From Hyphochytrium catenoides (lineage: Eukaryota > Protista > Hyphochytriomycota), in the NCBI GenBank assembly GCA_900088475.1, contig FLMG01000988.1, positions 186,655 through 250,654 on the forward strand: a stretch of 64,000 nucleotides of DNA. The letters are read 5' to 3'. Of this stretch, positions 63,501 to 64,000 are shown in pieces (positions within the stretch are counted from its first letter, which is position 1; every line of letters starts with the position of its first letter). The notes beneath the pieces are model-generated. The model saw only the letters and a list, made by a program, of their open reading frames with translations, was not told the origin of the DNA and made no database searches. Both the position numbers and the translations under genes were made by a program.

Positions 63501-64000
63501 CTTAAGCTTTGTACATTGGACCTGAAACGTGGCAAAGACGTGGATGATACTACTCAGATAATTGAACTCTTGGAAACTAGTGAGGAGACGATGGGTGACA
63601 AAAGCAGTATGGGGGAATGGAGAACGCTCAGGCCCGCTCACCTCCAGCCTCTGTATCGCCTGCACGGTGACTTGGGCCCTGCCCGTGAGCAGAAAAGGTT
63701 TAGCTCGGTCTTAACAGCAGGCTTTAAATGACGTCCGTTTGGGTCTCACCTGCCATCCGCTAACACAAAGCCAATATTCGTGACCTTGCAGAGAGCTGCT
63801 ACACTGCTGCCTCCTTGTGAACTGAGGGAGAGACAGCGGTTTAGGTTCAGTAAAGGTTCCACCAAGTACGACGGCGGTGGTCGTTGGGACGACAGAAGAG
63901 ATGCTGTTGTGGTGGACCCGAAAAAAAAGCTCACCAGGAAAGGATGAGAGGCGTTCCATTGGCCAGGGAGTCATGGATTGCCAAGCGGTCCTTTGGCTCA
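60540..64000. pseudogene. gene-free region with broken coding-like fragments, probably decayed mobile or foreign DNA
   Basis: No spliceable conserved gene found. Short protein-like fragments are interrupted by stops, and one segment is AT-rich and CpG-free. Confidence 0.3.

Noticed and set aside
63354-63731. 125-aa ORF near the right edge
   Set aside because: No family recognised and the surroundings look decayed; not supportable as a gene.

Overview
This is eukaryotic nuclear DNA from a compact, intron-rich genome (about 50% GC, GT-AG introns from about 50 to 500 nt, five short N gaps). CEP120 and a JHY-domain gene point to a flagellated protist; a stramenopile/SAR affinity is plausible but not proven. 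About 18 protein genes can be supported: RPB6, JHY-domain, LPA1/2-phosphoglycerate-kinase-like NTPase, Dus, LipB, nicastrin, coiled-coil J-domain protein, CEP120, DPM1, C2-phospholipase D, MRT4, glycine cleavage H protein, COPA, JMJD8-like, a small secreted 6-Cys protein, a PH-START-TM protein, a SHAQKYF-class MYB and a possible truncated gene at the left edge. There are two tRNA genes (Leu-TAA, Pro-CGG), and GA/CT microsatellites lie at many 5' ends. I cannot demonstrate a complete new system. The best leads are: (i) neighbouring genes with prokaryote-like sequences near tRNA-Leu, namely a Patescibacteria/Firmicutes-like Dus that has gained introns and an intronless cyanobacterial/plastid-type LipB with a mitochondrial-looking leader; (ii) three copies of a palindromic 39-bp repeat with spacers next to that tRNA; (iii) a plant-type C2-PLD; and (iv) a CpG-free, decayed, element-like tail at 60.5-64 kb. 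Family assignments rest on motifs recognised from memory, not on database searches.
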